From a virus (taxonomy: Duplodnaviria > Caudoviricetes): a DNA stretch of 34,371 nt. Made by a program: the position numbers and the translations under genes. Below the pieces are notes generated by a model, which saw only the letters and a program-made list of their open reading frames with translations, did no database searches and was not told where the DNA came from. Where the stretch lies: positions 1 through 34,371 of the IMG/VR virus record IMGVR_UViG_3300022670_000465; one strand, 5' to 3'. Of this stretch, positions 23,232-33,390 are shown piece by piece. The first letter of the stretch is position 1. Every line of letters starts with the position of its first letter.

Positions 23232-23930
23232 ATGGCAACCACAGGCTCATTTTTATTCGACCCGAACCTTGCGGTGATCTGCGACGAGGCGGTCGAGCGC
23301 GCCGGCATGAACCTGCAGGAGATCACGGGTACGCACATCATTTCGATCAGGCGCTCGTGTGGTTTCCTGCTGTCGTCCTGGTCCAACCGCGGACACCGGC
23401 AGTGGACGTTCGAACAAATTGAGCACACGGTCACGCCCGGTGAGGTCAGCTTTGATCTGCCGGTTGGTACGATCGAGGTCCAGTCTGCGGTGGTGCGCAG
23501 GAATGACGTCGACACCGAAATCTACCCGATTTCGAGGGAGGACTATCTGATCCTGCACGACAAGAACCTGATCGGGCGACCGGACAGATACTTCATTGAC
23601 CGTCGTCGCGATACTGATATCGGCGTTAACCAGGTCCAGGTGTTCTTCTGGCTGGCCGGCGAGAACACGACCGACATCATCATCATGAACGTCTACAAGC
23701 AGATCCAGGACGTCGGCAACGCACAGAACACGCTCGACATCCCATTCAGATTCCAGGAGGCCTTCGTTTCTGACCTGGCTGCCAGGGTGGCGCTGAAATA
23801 CAACGAGGCAAAATTCCCAGGACTGCAGGGACTTGCCGACAAAGAGTGGGTGTTGGCCCACGATGAAGACAGGGACACCGCACCGCTGGTGATATCCGCG
23901 AACTACTCACGATTGCACGGGAGACCGTAA
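23232..23930 (+). CDS. Head-tail adaptor / tail tubular protein
   Basis: MATTGS..F...I.DEA.ER.G...RRS...L...W.NRG...W, ISR.DY...GRP..Y, DIPFRF pattern. Confidence 0.75.
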   Translation: MATTGSFLFDPNLAVICDEAVERAGMNLQEITGTHIISIRRSCGFLLSSWSNRGHRQWTFEQIEHTVTPGEVSFDLPVGTIEVQSAVVRRNDVDTEIYPISREDYLILHDKNLIGRPDRYFIDRRRDTDIGVNQVQVFFWLAGENTTDIIIMNVYKQIQDVGNAQNTLDIPFRFQEAFVSDLAARVALKYNEAKFPGLQGLADKEWVLAHDEDRDTAPLVISANYSRLHGRP

Positions 23931-24676
23931 TGGCACTGTCACGATCAATGAAGAATCTTATGCACGACTCTGCCATGGCGAGGCGTGGAGGTGGGACTCA
24001 CAATCCAGATGGAGGCGGCAGGTCGGGCATGATTGGCCGAGCGATGCAGAAAGCCAGAGGTCAATACAATCCTGGTCCGAAGCTGCAGCGTGGCCCTTCT
24101 GGTCCTACCCGAGGTCCTCGAGGTCCGGTGAAGCCAGCTGGAGGAGGCCGTGCAAGCATGGTTTCTCAAGCGATGGAGCGATTTCAGCAGCAGCGAGGCG
24201 GTGCTGGTGGGCGCAATCCCGTGACTGGTGGCCCTGGCCTGCCGCCAAGGGCTGGTCCAAAGCCACGACGAGGTATGGCGCAGATTGCTGTTCCTGGTGG
24301 CAGGATGCCGAGAGGTGGGGTGATGGGTGGCCCGGCAGGCGGTGCGGGTAAGCCACGACCAGGTGCCGGCACATTCGGCTTCGCAAGTCGGGGCGGTGGC
24401 GGCACGCCGGCTCTGCAGGAGGCAACGGCCGGCGCCAGGTCGCAGGTCATGAGGCAAGCAGCGGCCAGACCTACTGGTTTACCTGGCGCCATGTCGGGAG
24501 CACAGCAGCAAGCCGCAATGCAGAGGTCGAGAGCGGCCGGACCTGCAGCGCTTGCTAAGCCACGAGGACAGTCTGTTGCGTCACGGATTGGTGGCCAACA
24601 GGGACCGCCGGCCCGTAGAGGCGGCATGGCTCGAGCTTTAGGTAGCGGTGGATCCAGACGTCGAATGCTGAGGTGA
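23930..24676 (+). CDS. Low-complexity Gly/Arg/Pro/Met-rich basic protein
   Basis: GGAG RBS, TAATG coupling; very few acidic residues. Confidence 0.65.
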   Translation: MALSRSMKNLMHDSAMARRGGGTHNPDGGGRSGMIGRAMQKARGQYNPGPKLQRGPSGPTRGPRGPVKPAGGGRASMVSQAMERFQQQRGGAGGRNPVTGGPGLPPRAGPKPRRGMAQIAVPGGRMPRGGVMGGPAGGAGKPRPGAGTFGFASRGGGGTPALQEATAGARSQVMRQAAARPTGLPGAMSGAQQQAAMQRSRAAGPAALAKPRGQSVASRIGGQQGPPARRGGMARALGSGGSRRRMLR

Positions 24677-24680
24677 ATAC

Positions 24681-25793
24681 GTGCCGAAGCGATACGCCAA
24701 GGGAAAATTTGCGGTAGGCGAATGTGCCAGATCAGGCAGAAAAATGCTGCTGCAAGACATGGTATCAGACGGTTACTACCCGAGCCTTGTCGTGGATCCG
24801 GCGTGGTACGAGGGCAAACATCCGCAGGAATCACTGCCTGAGATCGAGGACCCGGTAGCGCTGTGGCGGCCGGCGCCGGAGCGGGACCTGTCAGGTGGAA
24901 CGCTCCTTTTTCGACCAGGCGACGGGCTGTTCACCGGGTTCGCGGTACGGTGTCTTGCCGGGATTGATACGGTGGATGGTGTCTTCGACGCTGAAGATGC
25001 CGACCAGTACGCCCTCAAGTCAGATGACGTTACCCCGGAGTTTTTCAGCAGCCCAGGCGGCAGCCGGCGTGACGTTCGTTTCAGGCCTGATGGATTACGG
25101 GCATGGACTCACTGGACCATATCGGTCAGTGGCAACGACACGCACCAGTACGATCTGCCGGCGCCGTGGCAGCTTACTGGCTGGGTCAACAACGGCAATA
25201 TACTCCGCAGCCAAGCGCTTAACCGCTCGATGACATGGCACGACAACGGCACCAAGCTGACATTTCTCTCCCGCTGGTTCTCCAGTTTTCGGAGGGTAGA
25301 CACCTACGATCATTCAACGGCTCCCTACGATATTTCTGGCGGGCTTGGCCCAATATTCGCATCGTTTACAGCGCTCGTCGGCTCTGGCCAATACATGGCC
25401 CGGTACAGCCTCGATGGGTTCAATCTCTTTATTGATACTTCCGGTACTGTCATTCGGCGCTACAACCTGACGACTGCGCATGACATCTCGACCATCACCG
25501 GGTTTGATCAACTCTTTGATTTCGGGGCGGCTGGAGCAGGCAGCACCAATACGTGGGACTTCTCGGCCGACCATACCAAGCTTTACTTTTCCACTAGCGG
25601 CAACGACCTCGGTTCGATGGATCTCACAGCGCCGGATGATATCTCGGCACCGTTCAACTTCGTGACTGGCGTCGATGTGTTTATCCCCTCAAATTTAGGT
25701 GTCCCGAGGGGATTGAATTTCCGACCGGATACCGGCGACATCATCCTGCTGGGCGATCAGAATAATCAGCGGATCAGGTGTTGGGAAACTTAA
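24681..25793 (+). CDS. Conserved small tail-module domain fused to a beta-propeller-like repeat region
   Basis: YAKGKFAVGEC.RSG...KHPQ...DP.AL.RP.PE N-terminus; repeats YDLPAPWQL / YDHSTAPYDIS / YNLTTAHDIS / MDLTAPDDIS. Confidence 0.7.
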   Translation: MPKRYAKGKFAVGECARSGRKMLLQDMVSDGYYPSLVVDPAWYEGKHPQESLPEIEDPVALWRPAPERDLSGGTLLFRPGDGLFTGFAVRCLAGIDTVDGVFDAEDADQYALKSDDVTPEFFSSPGGSRRDVRFRPDGLRAWTHWTISVSGNDTHQYDLPAPWQLTGWVNNGNILRSQALNRSMTWHDNGTKLTFLSRWFSSFRRVDTYDHSTAPYDISGGLGPIFASFTALVGSGQYMARYSLDGFNLFIDTSGTVIRRYNLTTAHDISTITGFDQLFDFGAAGAGSTNTWDFSADHTKLYFSTSGNDLGSMDLTAPDDISAPFNFVTGVDVFIPSNLGVPRGLNFRPDTGDIILLGDQNNQRIRCWET

Positions 25794-25813
25794 TCACCCC
25801 ATGAGAATTTAAT

Positions 25814-27193
25814 ATGCCTTCATCGACATCATTTAGTTACGACGACCTGATCGCAGCCCTCAGTGCCTGGCTCGAGGAGACCAGTCAGGAGTTCATCGAC
25901 AATCAGAGCACGATCGTCTCACTCGGTGAGAGCCGGCTGACAACCGATCTGAACTTCGAAATCTTCGACCGGGTGATCACGGGCGATTTGACGCCGGATC
26001 AATACGTGCAGGCGATCAAGCCATCGGACTGGCAGGGAACCAGGTCGCTGCATCTTCGAGATCCCATCGCCAGTGTTGATGCTGACTTCGCCGACGTAGT
26101 GCTGTTGCTGAGCCTGGACGGTGTGGATGGTGCCACGGTTGCGGTCGATGACTCGCTGCTCAATAACGATGTGAATTTCCAGGGAGCCATAGTCTTAGAT
26201 ACCACAATCAAAAAATTCGGCACAGCGGCGCTCGATGCCGATACCGGCGATCCAACAGACTTTCTCGAAATTCCTCACAACGTAGCCTTTCCGGTGCTTG
26301 CCGGCGATTGGACGATTGAGATGTTTATCAACACATTCGACCAGGTTGGCGGCCATGGGTACATCAATCACGGCGATGGGGGTACCGGCACCACTAACTG
26401 GAATGTGGAAAGTGCGAACGGCTCTTTGACGTTTAATTATTCAACTGCAGGCGGTGGGTTGAATGTCTTCAGGACCTTTGGCTCGTTGGGTCCGAACAGC
26501 ACTTTTCAGCACATTGCCATCACGCGGCTAGGCAACGATCTGTTCGCGCATGTAGACGGCGTGAAATCTGGTGCCACTTTTGATGTAACGGGAATAACGA
26601 TCGGAGGCACTGGCGCCGTGCCGATCAACATCGGCTCAAGAAATGAAAGTGGCGCGAGTCCAAACATCGCAGATGCAAATGCGTCTATCGATGAAGTCCG
26701 CGTTACGGTCGGCACGGCTCGATACACGACAGCCAATTTCACGGCTCCGACTCAGGCATTTCCAACCGGTGCCTCTGCTGGCCTGAGACGCTACCTTGAG
26801 CGCAGGACTTACGAGTGGTGCCTGGACTTCGAGCCTGACGAGACAGCGACGGCCGAACCGCAATTCTACGCTGAGTTAACCGAGACCGAGTTCTTCATGG
26901 TGCCGCCACCGAATCTCGCGTTTGGATTCGAACTGCGCCAGATTCAATCAGCTGACGCCTTGGCGCCGGGTAACCAGAACACATGGCTTGGTGACAATGC
27001 CGGCGACCTGCTCTTGTACGCTTGCCTGCTTGCCTCTGACGAGTTCCTGATCTCCGATGCTGCAGACCTCGAGACATGGCGGCAGAGCTACGGTGAATTG
27101 ATGCCGGCGAGAAAAATCGAACTCAGACGGCAGTGGCGTGGCGACTATGATCCGGTTCAGTCTGCAGCCACGACGACGAGTGTAACGGGATGA
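25814..27193 (+). CDS. Adaptor-type structural protein with an inserted LamG/ConA-like domain
   Basis: Adaptor halves (YDDLIAAL..WLE...ESRL; P.FYA...P.P...NTWLGDNA.DLLLYACL) flank VVLLLSLDG...DWTIEMF...HIAITR...IDEVRVTVG.ARYT.NFTAPT. Confidence 0.75.
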   Translation: MPSSTSFSYDDLIAALSAWLEETSQEFIDNQSTIVSLGESRLTTDLNFEIFDRVITGDLTPDQYVQAIKPSDWQGTRSLHLRDPIASVDADFADVVLLLSLDGVDGATVAVDDSLLNNDVNFQGAIVLDTTIKKFGTAALDADTGDPTDFLEIPHNVAFPVLAGDWTIEMFINTFDQVGGHGYINHGDGGTGTTNWNVESANGSLTFNYSTAGGGLNVFRTFGSLGPNSTFQHIAITRLGNDLFAHVDGVKSGATFDVTGITIGGTGAVPINIGSRNESGASPNIADANASIDEVRVTVGTARYTTANFTAPTQAFPTGASAGLRRYLERRTYEWCLDFEPDETATAEPQFYAELTETEFFMVPPPNLAFGFELRQIQSADALAPGNQNTWLGDNAGDLLLYACLLASDEFLISDAADLETWRQSYGELMPARKIELRRQWRGDYDPVQSAATTTSVTG

Positions 27194-27666
27194 GTATTTC
27201 AACCGGCACAGCGTTCCAGTTCCTCAACGATCAATGCATCGATGGCAACCATGATGTGCGGAACGATGTGCTGTTCTTCGCCATGTATACGACGCTGGCG
27301 GATATCGATCCGGTAACCGTCGATGACCAGGCATCGATCACTGACGAGCTTGTCGGCAACGGCTACACTGCCGGCGGCGAGCAACTGACGCAGACAATTA
27401 TCTACACTCCGGGTGAACCGGAGCGGCCAGCGATCGATTTCGCTGACTTGGTCTTCGGGCCAGGAGCGACCTGGGGAGTAGGCCCATCAAATCCTGGGGC
27501 CGCGCTGGGCGCCGTCATCTATAACACTACAGCAGGACCACAGCAGAACAAGGTCATGTGGGTCATCAACTTCCGATCGCCTCGCTCCATCAACAACGGG
27601 ACATTTACTGTGCGCTTTCCGGACCCGACTGATCCGACGCTCGCAATCATAAGGACATCAGGCTAA
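27190..27666 (+). CDS. Conserved virion structural protein
   Basis: AMYT...EL.GNGYTAGG.QL...GAVIYN...NGTFTV.FP pattern. Confidence 0.7.
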   Translation: MSISTGTAFQFLNDQCIDGNHDVRNDVLFFAMYTTLADIDPVTVDDQASITDELVGNGYTAGGEQLTQTIIYTPGEPERPAIDFADLVFGPGATWGVGPSNPGAALGAVIYNTTAGPQQNKVMWVINFRSPRSINNGTFTVRFPDPTDPTLAIIRTSG

Positions 27667-29009
27667 TGGCTGACACATTTACTTCATTACTACGGCTCGT
27701 CCTTCAGGAGACTGGCGGCAACCAGAATGTCTGGGGCGACATCAACAACGCGAGCGCCATCGACCTGCTCGAGGACGCGATCGCTGCTCGCCTGGACCTC
27801 GATGTCACGCCGGCCGGCACGGACAAAATTCTTACCGCGGCGAATGGTGCTGATGATCAGGCGAGGAACTCGGTCATTGCTCTTACCGGCGTCCCTGGCG
27901 AAGCGAAAAACATCATCGTACCGAGCACCGCGAAGCTCTACATCATATCGAACGAGACCGCCGACGTGATGACGATCAAAACCGTCGCCAATGCCGGCGT
28001 GGATGTCAGGGCTGGGACCAGGGTAGCGGTGATGGTGGACCCGGTTGCCGATGATGTTTTCGAAATTGGCTTCATTCCCGCAGCCACTGAGGATGAGGCC
28101 GGTATTCTTGAAGTCGCAACGCAGCCAGAGATGGACGCTGGTGTGCTTGACGACAAGATCGTCACGCCGCTGAAGTACGAAGGCCGCGCAACATCGGACT
28201 CCCTGTCCGGCCACATCGAACTCGCTGATCAGAGTGAGGTTGATGCCGGTACAGAAACCAATTTAGCGGTCACCCCGGAGACACTCGAGGGCCGGCAATC
28301 AACAGTCTTGCTCACTGGTCTTGCCAGGCGGGCAACTCAGGCAGAGGTTGATACTGGCACCGAGGATGCTGCGTTCGTTACTCCAGAGACCCTGGCAGGA
28401 CTGCCTTCGCCGGTTGGTATCTTGAATGGATGTAAGGCTTTTAAGACTGCTGCTTTCCGCGTAGCGAGAAATGACCAGCCAGATATAGGGCGCATCACTA
28501 ACGGCCCCGGCGATGGCTCCGGTGGTGGCAGCGCAGTGGGCGAGTTCATCGTTGATTTTGGTGGAGAAGTCTTCGACACCGATAACTACCATGACGTTTC
28601 TACCAACAACTCTCGCTTCGTTATTCCCGCTACTGGAGTCACTGCTGTCGAGTTCTTAATCGGTATGAGGTTCGATGACGAAACCAGCACCCCGCAGACC
28701 GGCGGGCTTCACGTTCGCCTGCGCAAAAATGGTGTACTCAATGGTGCGGTCGATTCTATATTCGTCGTCACGCACAACAACGGTGATCCGGGATGGATAC
28801 CGTGGAATACGGACGGCCTTGGCATGGCGACCCAAGATACGGGCGGTCCCAATGTCGGCGGCTCCGGTCAGGCTGCCACGCAGCAGTGGGCTTCCGGGAC
28901 AATCTTTGTCGATGGGGATGACTTCATAGAAGTTGCCATACTATCGCAGGCCGGTTTTCGAGACATACCCCAAAACGGGATTTGGGCTGAAATGAGGGTA
29001 CTAGGATGA
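27666..29009 (+). CDS. Tail fibre protein
   Basis: N-terminal L.L.LQ.TG.N...WG...N anchor; internal 36-aa repeats; variable C-terminus. Confidence 0.8.
   Translation: MADTFTSLLRLVLQETGGNQNVWGDINNASAIDLLEDAIAARLDLDVTPAGTDKILTAANGADDQARNSVIALTGVPGEAKNIIVPSTAKLYIISNETADVMTIKTVANAGVDVRAGTRVAVMVDPVADDVFEIGFIPAATEDEAGILEVATQPEMDAGVLDDKIVTPLKYEGRATSDSLSGHIELADQSEVDAGTETNLAVTPETLEGRQSTVLLTGLARRATQAEVDTGTEDAAFVTPETLAGLPSPVGILNGCKAFKTAAFRVARNDQPDIGRITNGPGDGSGGGSAVGEFIVDFGGEVFDTDNYHDVSTNNSRFVIPATGVTAVEFLIGMRFDDETSTPQTGGLHVRLRKNGVLNGAVDSIFVVTHNNGDPGWIPWNTDGLGMATQDTGGPNVGGSGQAATQQWASGTIFVDGDDFIEVAILSQAGFRDIPQNGIWAEMRVLG
28080..28400 (+). repeat. Three 36-aa (108-nt) tail-fibre repeats
   Basis: G..E.ATQ.E.DAG......VTP..L.GR repeated three times. 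Confidence 0.8.
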
Positions 29010-29386
29010 GAACGGTAATACTTCCGCCAGGGTCGCGTAGAAATGCCTTTAACTGGTTTATTGGCAACATCAATGGCCACAATCAAATAGAAGCCAACAA
29101 CGAATTTGGTGTCCTTGACAGCGCTATCACTCAGGCCGCGCTGGATCAAAAGCTCATTGACTACGCGGCAGACCTGGCAACGGTACATTCAGATTACGAT
29201 ACTTTCCTGGCAGACACCGCGGATGAAGAATTCAAAAAAAGAGACGTCGATAACAATGCCGGGGTGACTGCGCTCATCAAGGTCATGGTCGATGAGTTGA
29301 ACACGCTACGCGCCATAGAAGGCCTTCCGAATTTGGTTTTCGGCCCGGTGAATGCGGACGTTAGAAGTCGAGCAAAGCGGCCATAA
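29006..29386 (+). CDS. Hypothetical protein (possible fibre chaperone)
   Basis: ATGA-coupled to the fibre gene. Confidence 0.6.
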   Translation: MRTVILPPGSRRNAFNWFIGNINGHNQIEANNEFGVLDSAITQAALDQKLIDYAADLATVHSDYDTFLADTADEEFKKRDVDNNAGVTALIKVMVDELNTLRAIEGLPNLVFGPVNADVRSRAKRP

Positions 29387-29392
29387 GCCAGC

Positions 29393-32035
29393 ATGAGCAG
29401 ACTGCCTGACATCCCGCTCGATCTCCTCCCCGGCATCATGACCGAGGAGACAGACCGTGGCGCGAAAGGTCGGTACAAGGACGGCAACAAGATTCGCTTC
29501 AGGAAGCGCCTGCCTGAGAAGCTCGGCGGCTGGGTACTCAATTCGCTGGGCACCGAGGTCGACGGCATCAGTGAGGAGCTAAGCCAGCAGCGCACCGCGA
29601 ACGCTGGCTACTCCGCTGGGGCATCGACGATCGTTCTCGATATGGCGGTGACCTGCCTCGACCTGGATCCGGTCTGGCTGTTCGATGATTCCCTGGTTGG
29701 TGGTCTCGGCGGCCGTACCATCGACGATGCGACTGCGCTCCAGGATGAGTTCACGTTCGACCTGAACTCTGCGGTCACGGCCACAGCCGGCGATGCGTTC
29801 ATCATCAGTTACCCGGAAGAGTTTGGCGGCGGCGCCAACGTCAACAGTGGCGGAGTCAAAGACTCTGAGACCATCATGGTCTCGATCGCGGTGACAAAGT
29901 ACTTGCGCGAAGGAACGATCGTTCGATTGCTGACAAATTCCGGTGAGCAGATCAATTCGCTTGGCGCCAACCATTCAACTGGCGCGACTGTGTTCACGCT
30001 GACCGATCCCCTGATCGATGACATCCAGGCCGGCACGCCGAACGTATTCTTTTATGCCGACGAGTCTTTCATCAGGAGCGACACCCAGAGCTACGTCGTG
30101 CGGTTTTTGAATCTCGACATAGTAGCTGACACCGAGGTCATGCTCACCGAGTCGCTGCCTGAAGATGCCGATGGACTCGATATCGATATCCGGCCATTCC
30201 AGCTGACTAGCTGTGACAACAATCAGGGCAACGTCACCTCGCTTGATATCCTGCCGGTCACGGACTTTGCCACCGGAGCGCCGGCAGCATTCCCTGATGC
30301 CTTGGTGATCCTGCCAGCCCAGAATGTAGTGCAGATCTGCTACATCGGAGTGGCCAGGGCGCTGTGGGATTGGTCCAGCCTGGACAGCCAGAAGTGGCTG
30401 GCGATCGGTACCAATCTCAAGCTTTTCATAGTCAACAACAGTCAGCTGTTCGACATCACGCCGTTCCGTGAGGAAGGCACCCTGATCGATCCATTCGATA
30501 CTGACATCACCGGGGCGTTCGATCCGGATGGCGGCGATGATCCGACCTTCGTGCAGGTCACCGATGCGGCCCATGGCAATGCGGTTGGCAATTTTGTCCA
30601 CTTCGAGAACGCCGACATCGTTGGTGGCCTGGATCTTAATGACGAGTTTCGAGTCGAGTTCATCGTCGATGCCGACATGTACATCATTCGCTCCGATGTA
30701 CCGCCGACGTCAACCGAGACCGGCGGAGGGACTGTCGACTTTCAGTATGAGATCGGAGTCGGCTTGCAAGACACCCAGATTCTCTTGGGCTACGGTACCG
30801 GCGCCTATGGCCTGGGCGCCTATGGCATTGGCAGTTTTGTAGCCGGCGCCGGAATCTTGGGCAACCTGAGAACCTGGTCGCTGGATAATTTCGGTGAGGA
30901 CCTGCTGGCATCGCCGAATGGCCGACAGCTATTCCACTGGGATCGCAGCAGTGGACCGAACGTCAGGGCGGTGCTGGTTCCTGAGGCGCCGAACACCATC
31001 GAGCGTATGCTGATCTCGCCGCAAGCCAGGCATGTGATTGCCTTTGGTGCCGGCACTGGCTCAGCCGCGGCGCCAGGAGATCCGGATCCTTTGCTGATCA
31101 GGTGGGCAAGCTCGGAAGACTTCACCGACTGGACCCCGCTGTCCACGAACACTGCCGGCGATCTCCGGCTTGATGTTGGATCTGAGATTATCACCGCGAT
31201 CGAATCACGTGGCGATATCCTGGTCAACACCGACCAGTCACTGCATGCAATGCAGTTCATCTCGGGCGAGTTTGTTTTCGCCCTGCGGCACCTGGGACAG
31301 TCAGTCACGGTCATCGGGCCAAACGCTGCGATCGATGTGAACGGCATCATGTACTTCATGGGCGAGGACGATTTCCTGATGTACGACGGCGTGCTCCGGG
31401 TCATGGAGTGCGAGGTCCGCAACACGGTTTTCGATGACATCAACCTGGACCAGGGTCGGAAGTCCTACGCATCTATCAACAAGCTGTTCACGGAGATCTG
31501 GTGGGTCTACTCATCGGAAGGCGCGGAGTCCAATGACCGATACGTCAAATACAACTACTACGACAAGATCTGGGATTTCGGCACGATTGAGCGCAGCGCT
31601 TTCCACGATAGCTCGGCATTGTTTAATCAGAAGCCGTACGGCACCTTCGACGGTAAGATTTTTATTCACGAGACCGGCGTCGATGAGACTGACCCGGAGG
31701 ACAACGTCACGCCGATGTTGTCGTTCATCGACACCTACGACATGGATGTCGACGAGGGCACCTACCACGCGCTCATACGGAAGATGATTCCCGATTTCAA
31801 GAGGCTCGTTGGTTCGGTTGATCTATCGCTGACGGCGAAGGCCTACCCGTCGAGCGGTGGTGTGGAGGTGGTCAACAAGGGACCGTTCACGATCGCGCCG
31901 ACCACGGCCTTTGTGAATCCACGAATCAAGGGCCGGCAGGTATCGTTCCGGATTGAATCGGATGCGCTTGGTGACGACTGGCGCATGGGTACCTGGCGAG
32001 CACAATTCAAGCGGAAGGGGAGGCGCGGCAACTGA
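29393..32035 (+). CDS. Tail nozzle / DNA stabilisation protein (P22 gp10 / tail tubular B-like) with a large insertion
   Basis: PGI..E.T...GRY.DGNKIRFR..LPEKLGGW, WSLDNFGEDL, DPLLIRW.S.ED..DW.P..TNTAGDLRL, F.EIWW.Y, WRMG..R. Confidence 0.8.
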   Translation: MSRLPDIPLDLLPGIMTEETDRGAKGRYKDGNKIRFRKRLPEKLGGWVLNSLGTEVDGISEELSQQRTANAGYSAGASTIVLDMAVTCLDLDPVWLFDDSLVGGLGGRTIDDATALQDEFTFDLNSAVTATAGDAFIISYPEEFGGGANVNSGGVKDSETIMVSIAVTKYLREGTIVRLLTNSGEQINSLGANHSTGATVFTLTDPLIDDIQAGTPNVFFYADESFIRSDTQSYVVRFLNLDIVADTEVMLTESLPEDADGLDIDIRPFQLTSCDNNQGNVTSLDILPVTDFATGAPAAFPDALVILPAQNVVQICYIGVARALWDWSSLDSQKWLAIGTNLKLFIVNNSQLFDITPFREEGTLIDPFDTDITGAFDPDGGDDPTFVQVTDAAHGNAVGNFVHFENADIVGGLDLNDEFRVEFIVDADMYIIRSDVPPTSTETGGGTVDFQYEIGVGLQDTQILLGYGTGAYGLGAYGIGSFVAGAGILGNLRTWSLDNFGEDLLASPNGRQLFHWDRSSGPNVRAVLVPEAPNTIERMLISPQARHVIAFGAGTGSAAAPGDPDPLLIRWASSEDFTDWTPLSTNTAGDLRLDVGSEIITAIESRGDILVNTDQSLHAMQFISGEFVFALRHLGQSVTVIGPNAAIDVNGIMYFMGEDDFLMYDGVLRVMECEVRNTVFDDINLDQGRKSYASINKLFTEIWWVYSSEGAESNDRYVKYNYYDKIWDFGTIERSAFHDSSALFNQKPYGTFDGKIFIHETGVDETDPEDNVTPMLSFIDTYDMDVDEGTYHALIRKMIPDFKRLVGSVDLSLTAKAYPSSGGVEVVNKGPFTIAPTTAFVNPRIKGRQVSFRIESDALGDDWRMGTWRAQFKRKGRRGN

Positions 32036-32337
32036 TGACTGCTCCCTTCAACACTGTGCAATTCGAGCCGGACTACGATGTCTACAAGATGCGTGCCCTG
32101 GTCGACGATCTCACACGTCAGTTTGGCTCGACGCAGGCCGTACTCACAGCGCTTCTTGCTGTTGAACACAACGATCTGCCTGGCCGTAGCGCACCAGACG
32201 CACATCCGATCAGCGCGATTACCGGGCTGACGGCTGCGCTTGCCGCGATCGGCATAACCCTAGTTGATCACGAAACCAGGATCGCAATACTCGAGGCTCA
32301 AGACGAGTCCGATACCTTCCTCGAGTGGGCGATGTAA
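32035..32337 (+). CDS. Small structural protein
   Basis: TGATG coupling; HNDL.GR...DAHPISAITGL fibre-type motif. Confidence 0.65.
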   Translation: MTAPFNTVQFEPDYDVYKMRALVDDLTRQFGSTQAVLTALLAVEHNDLPGRSAPDAHPISAITGLTAALAAIGITLVDHETRIAILEAQDESDTFLEWAM

Positions 32338-32657
32338 TGCCATATGTTGGAGCATCACTTGCAGATGGGCAGCTTCCGACCGCGATTGGTACGCTGTTTA
32401 CCGCAACGGTGTCGACGATCATCAGGTCCTTCGATGTTTATAATGACGGCGGTTCGCAGCAGGATGTCATCGTCTACATTCTTCGCAATGGATCGACCAC
32501 CCGGAAGGTTGGCCGAGCCGAACTCAAGCAGGATGAGTTTGCAGAGATTCTATCGGATGCCAAGGTGTGGGTGTTGTCTGCCGGTGATGCGATCCAGGCG
32601 GAGACCACTGCCCCCAACCAGGTCGATTTCACGATCACCGGGGCGGAGTTAGCATGA
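32337..32657 (+). CDS. Small beta-rich structural protein
   Basis: TAATG coupling; LFTA..STII.S..V.N...VLSAGD.I pattern. Confidence 0.7.
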   Translation: MPYVGASLADGQLPTAIGTLFTATVSTIIRSFDVYNDGGSQQDVIVYILRNGSTTRKVGRAELKQDEFAEILSDAKVWVLSAGDAIQAETTAPNQVDFTITGAELA

Positions 32658-32839
32658 AGGTTTTTAATGCTCAAGGCATCGAGAAAGACGAGAATGAAGC
32701 TGTGCTGGCTGAACTCACGCGCACGAACACGACCCTTGAGAGATCTCGCACATTGCAAGAACTGACTGCGAGGCAAATGCAGATCATGAACCTGCATCTG
32801 GCAGTGCTGAACGACCAATTCATTGAGGAGCTACCATAA
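32654..32839 (+). CDS. Hypothetical coiled-coil protein
   Basis: GGAG RBS, ATGA coupling. Confidence 0.6.
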   Translation: MKVFNAQGIEKDENEAVLAELTRTNTTLERSRTLQELTARQMQIMNLHLAVLNDQFIEELP

Positions 32840-33390
32840 TGGGCATAGAAATTGAAAGTTCCAAAGACGGTAATAAACTGGTTATAGACGATCAGGGTAG
32901 GGCGCTCGTTGACTCGCAATCACGCAAACGAAGTTTCTATGTGTCGCGAGATGACCAGCGGGTTTTCAACGCGATATTTGAGGATGCCGCTGCGGTGGCC
33001 GGAGAGTTCGTGGGGTATTTCAGGAATACCTCACAAAGCCGCGTCTTTGTCGTGGAACTCGCTCGGCTCGGAGGCGAATTTCTATCAACCTGGAAAATTC
33101 ACAAGGTCACTGGTGCCGTGCCGGTATCTGATGGCGGAGCCGTACTGCCGGTTAATCTGAATTTCGGTTCAGGCATCCTGGCAGAAGCGGAAGCCTTGGA
33201 GGAAAACGTGACCGGAATAGTCTCGGCAGGTGAAACTGCGATAGCCGGTCATGGCAATGATAGTGGGGTGCTTGTCGTCTTAGATGACGCAGTAATCTTG
33301 CCACCTGATACCGCTATCGCTTTCCAGAAAGAGACCGGCGCAACGGGCGTATCAAATGTTGGAATGAGAGGCTACTACGAGGATCTGTAA
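32839..33390 (+). CDS. Hypothetical structural protein
   Basis: GAGGAG RBS, TAATG coupling. Confidence 0.65.
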   Translation: MGIEIESSKDGNKLVIDDQGRALVDSQSRKRSFYVSRDDQRVFNAIFEDAAAVAGEFVGYFRNTSQSRVFVVELARLGGEFLSTWKIHKVTGAVPVSDGGAVLPVNLNFGSGILAEAEALEENVTGIVSAGETAIAGHGNDSGVLVVLDDAVILPPDTAIAFQKETGATGVSNVGMRGYYEDL

